This document shows positions 63,596-64,000 of a stretch of 64,000 nt of DNA, piece by piece (the stretch's first letter is position 1; every line of letters begins with the position of its first letter). The translations under genes and the position numbers were made by a program. Below the pieces are notes generated by a model. That model worked only from the letters and a program-made list of their open reading frames with translations. It was not told where the DNA came from and did no database searches. This stretch comes from Camelus ferus (taxonomy: Eukaryota): the NCBI RefSeq assembly GCF_009834535.1, contig NC_045698.1, forward strand, positions 8,744,001 to 8,808,000. Direction: 5' to 3'.

Positions 63596-64000
63596 TCCAC
63601 AAGACATTCAAACTCTGATTTTTTTTAATGTTTTGTGGAGTCCCAGGTTCCTATTTATACCCAGAAAGCGTATATTTTCCTGCCCCAACATACCTCCACC
63701 AAGCTTTTATTCTCCCAAGTGTTTGCTAATTTGACTTTGAACTCTAAGAAGGGGATTGAGTCATTTTTTCTTTTTTTTCATTTTCGCCCCTTTCCTTCCT
63801 TTGTCTTTTGAGTAATAGTACAATTTCGGCTAATAACCTGTGGCTCCTCTCTCCCATCTGCCACAACCACCAGTCAAGCTGTGCAAGATAGGTCAGTGAA
63901 CTCACTCATGACCTGTGACCTCCACTGCTTCAGTCTCTTGTGTCATGCTGCTGGCCAGAAGGCAGTTAAGAGCCTATCTGAATTTGGGTTTCAGAAATTA

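Noticed and set aside
1..64000. Inferring host-gene strand from L1 orientation bias
   Set aside because: L1 and LTR orientations are mixed and the counts are too small.
1..64000. CRISPR array, operon or other novel prokaryote-like system
   Set aside because: The sequence is mammalian; there are no regularly spaced repeat-spacer units or dense coding blocks.

Overview
AT-rich eutherian mammalian genomic DNA, intergenic or deep-intronic. I could not support any protein-coding gene, RNA gene or CRISPR array. The ORFs in the track are decayed L1 ORF2 pieces, antisense L1 frames or chance ORFs. Much of the window is interspersed repeat: L1 of several ages, L2, MIR, MaLR/ERVL LTRs, a MER41-like ERV1 solo LTR, and MER8-like and MER20 DNA transposons. 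The younger L1 3' ends are cetartiodactyl-type, and I saw no Alu, B1, BovB/Bov-tA, PRE-1, CHR or CAN SINEs, which suggests a camelid (inference). Best-supported observations: (1) a twin-primed, 5'-inverted L1 with TSD at 18249-19706; (2) a strong CTCF core plus upstream motif at 16615-16643 with a convergent partner; (3) three L1 copies 5'-truncated within about 40 nt of the same ORF2 position; (4) young L1 insertions with TSDs; (5) a candidate promoter near 28.9-29.1 kb and several candidate exons. I found no convincing previously undescribed biological system. Repeat family names come from my recall of consensus sequences and boundaries are approximate unless a TSD is given.
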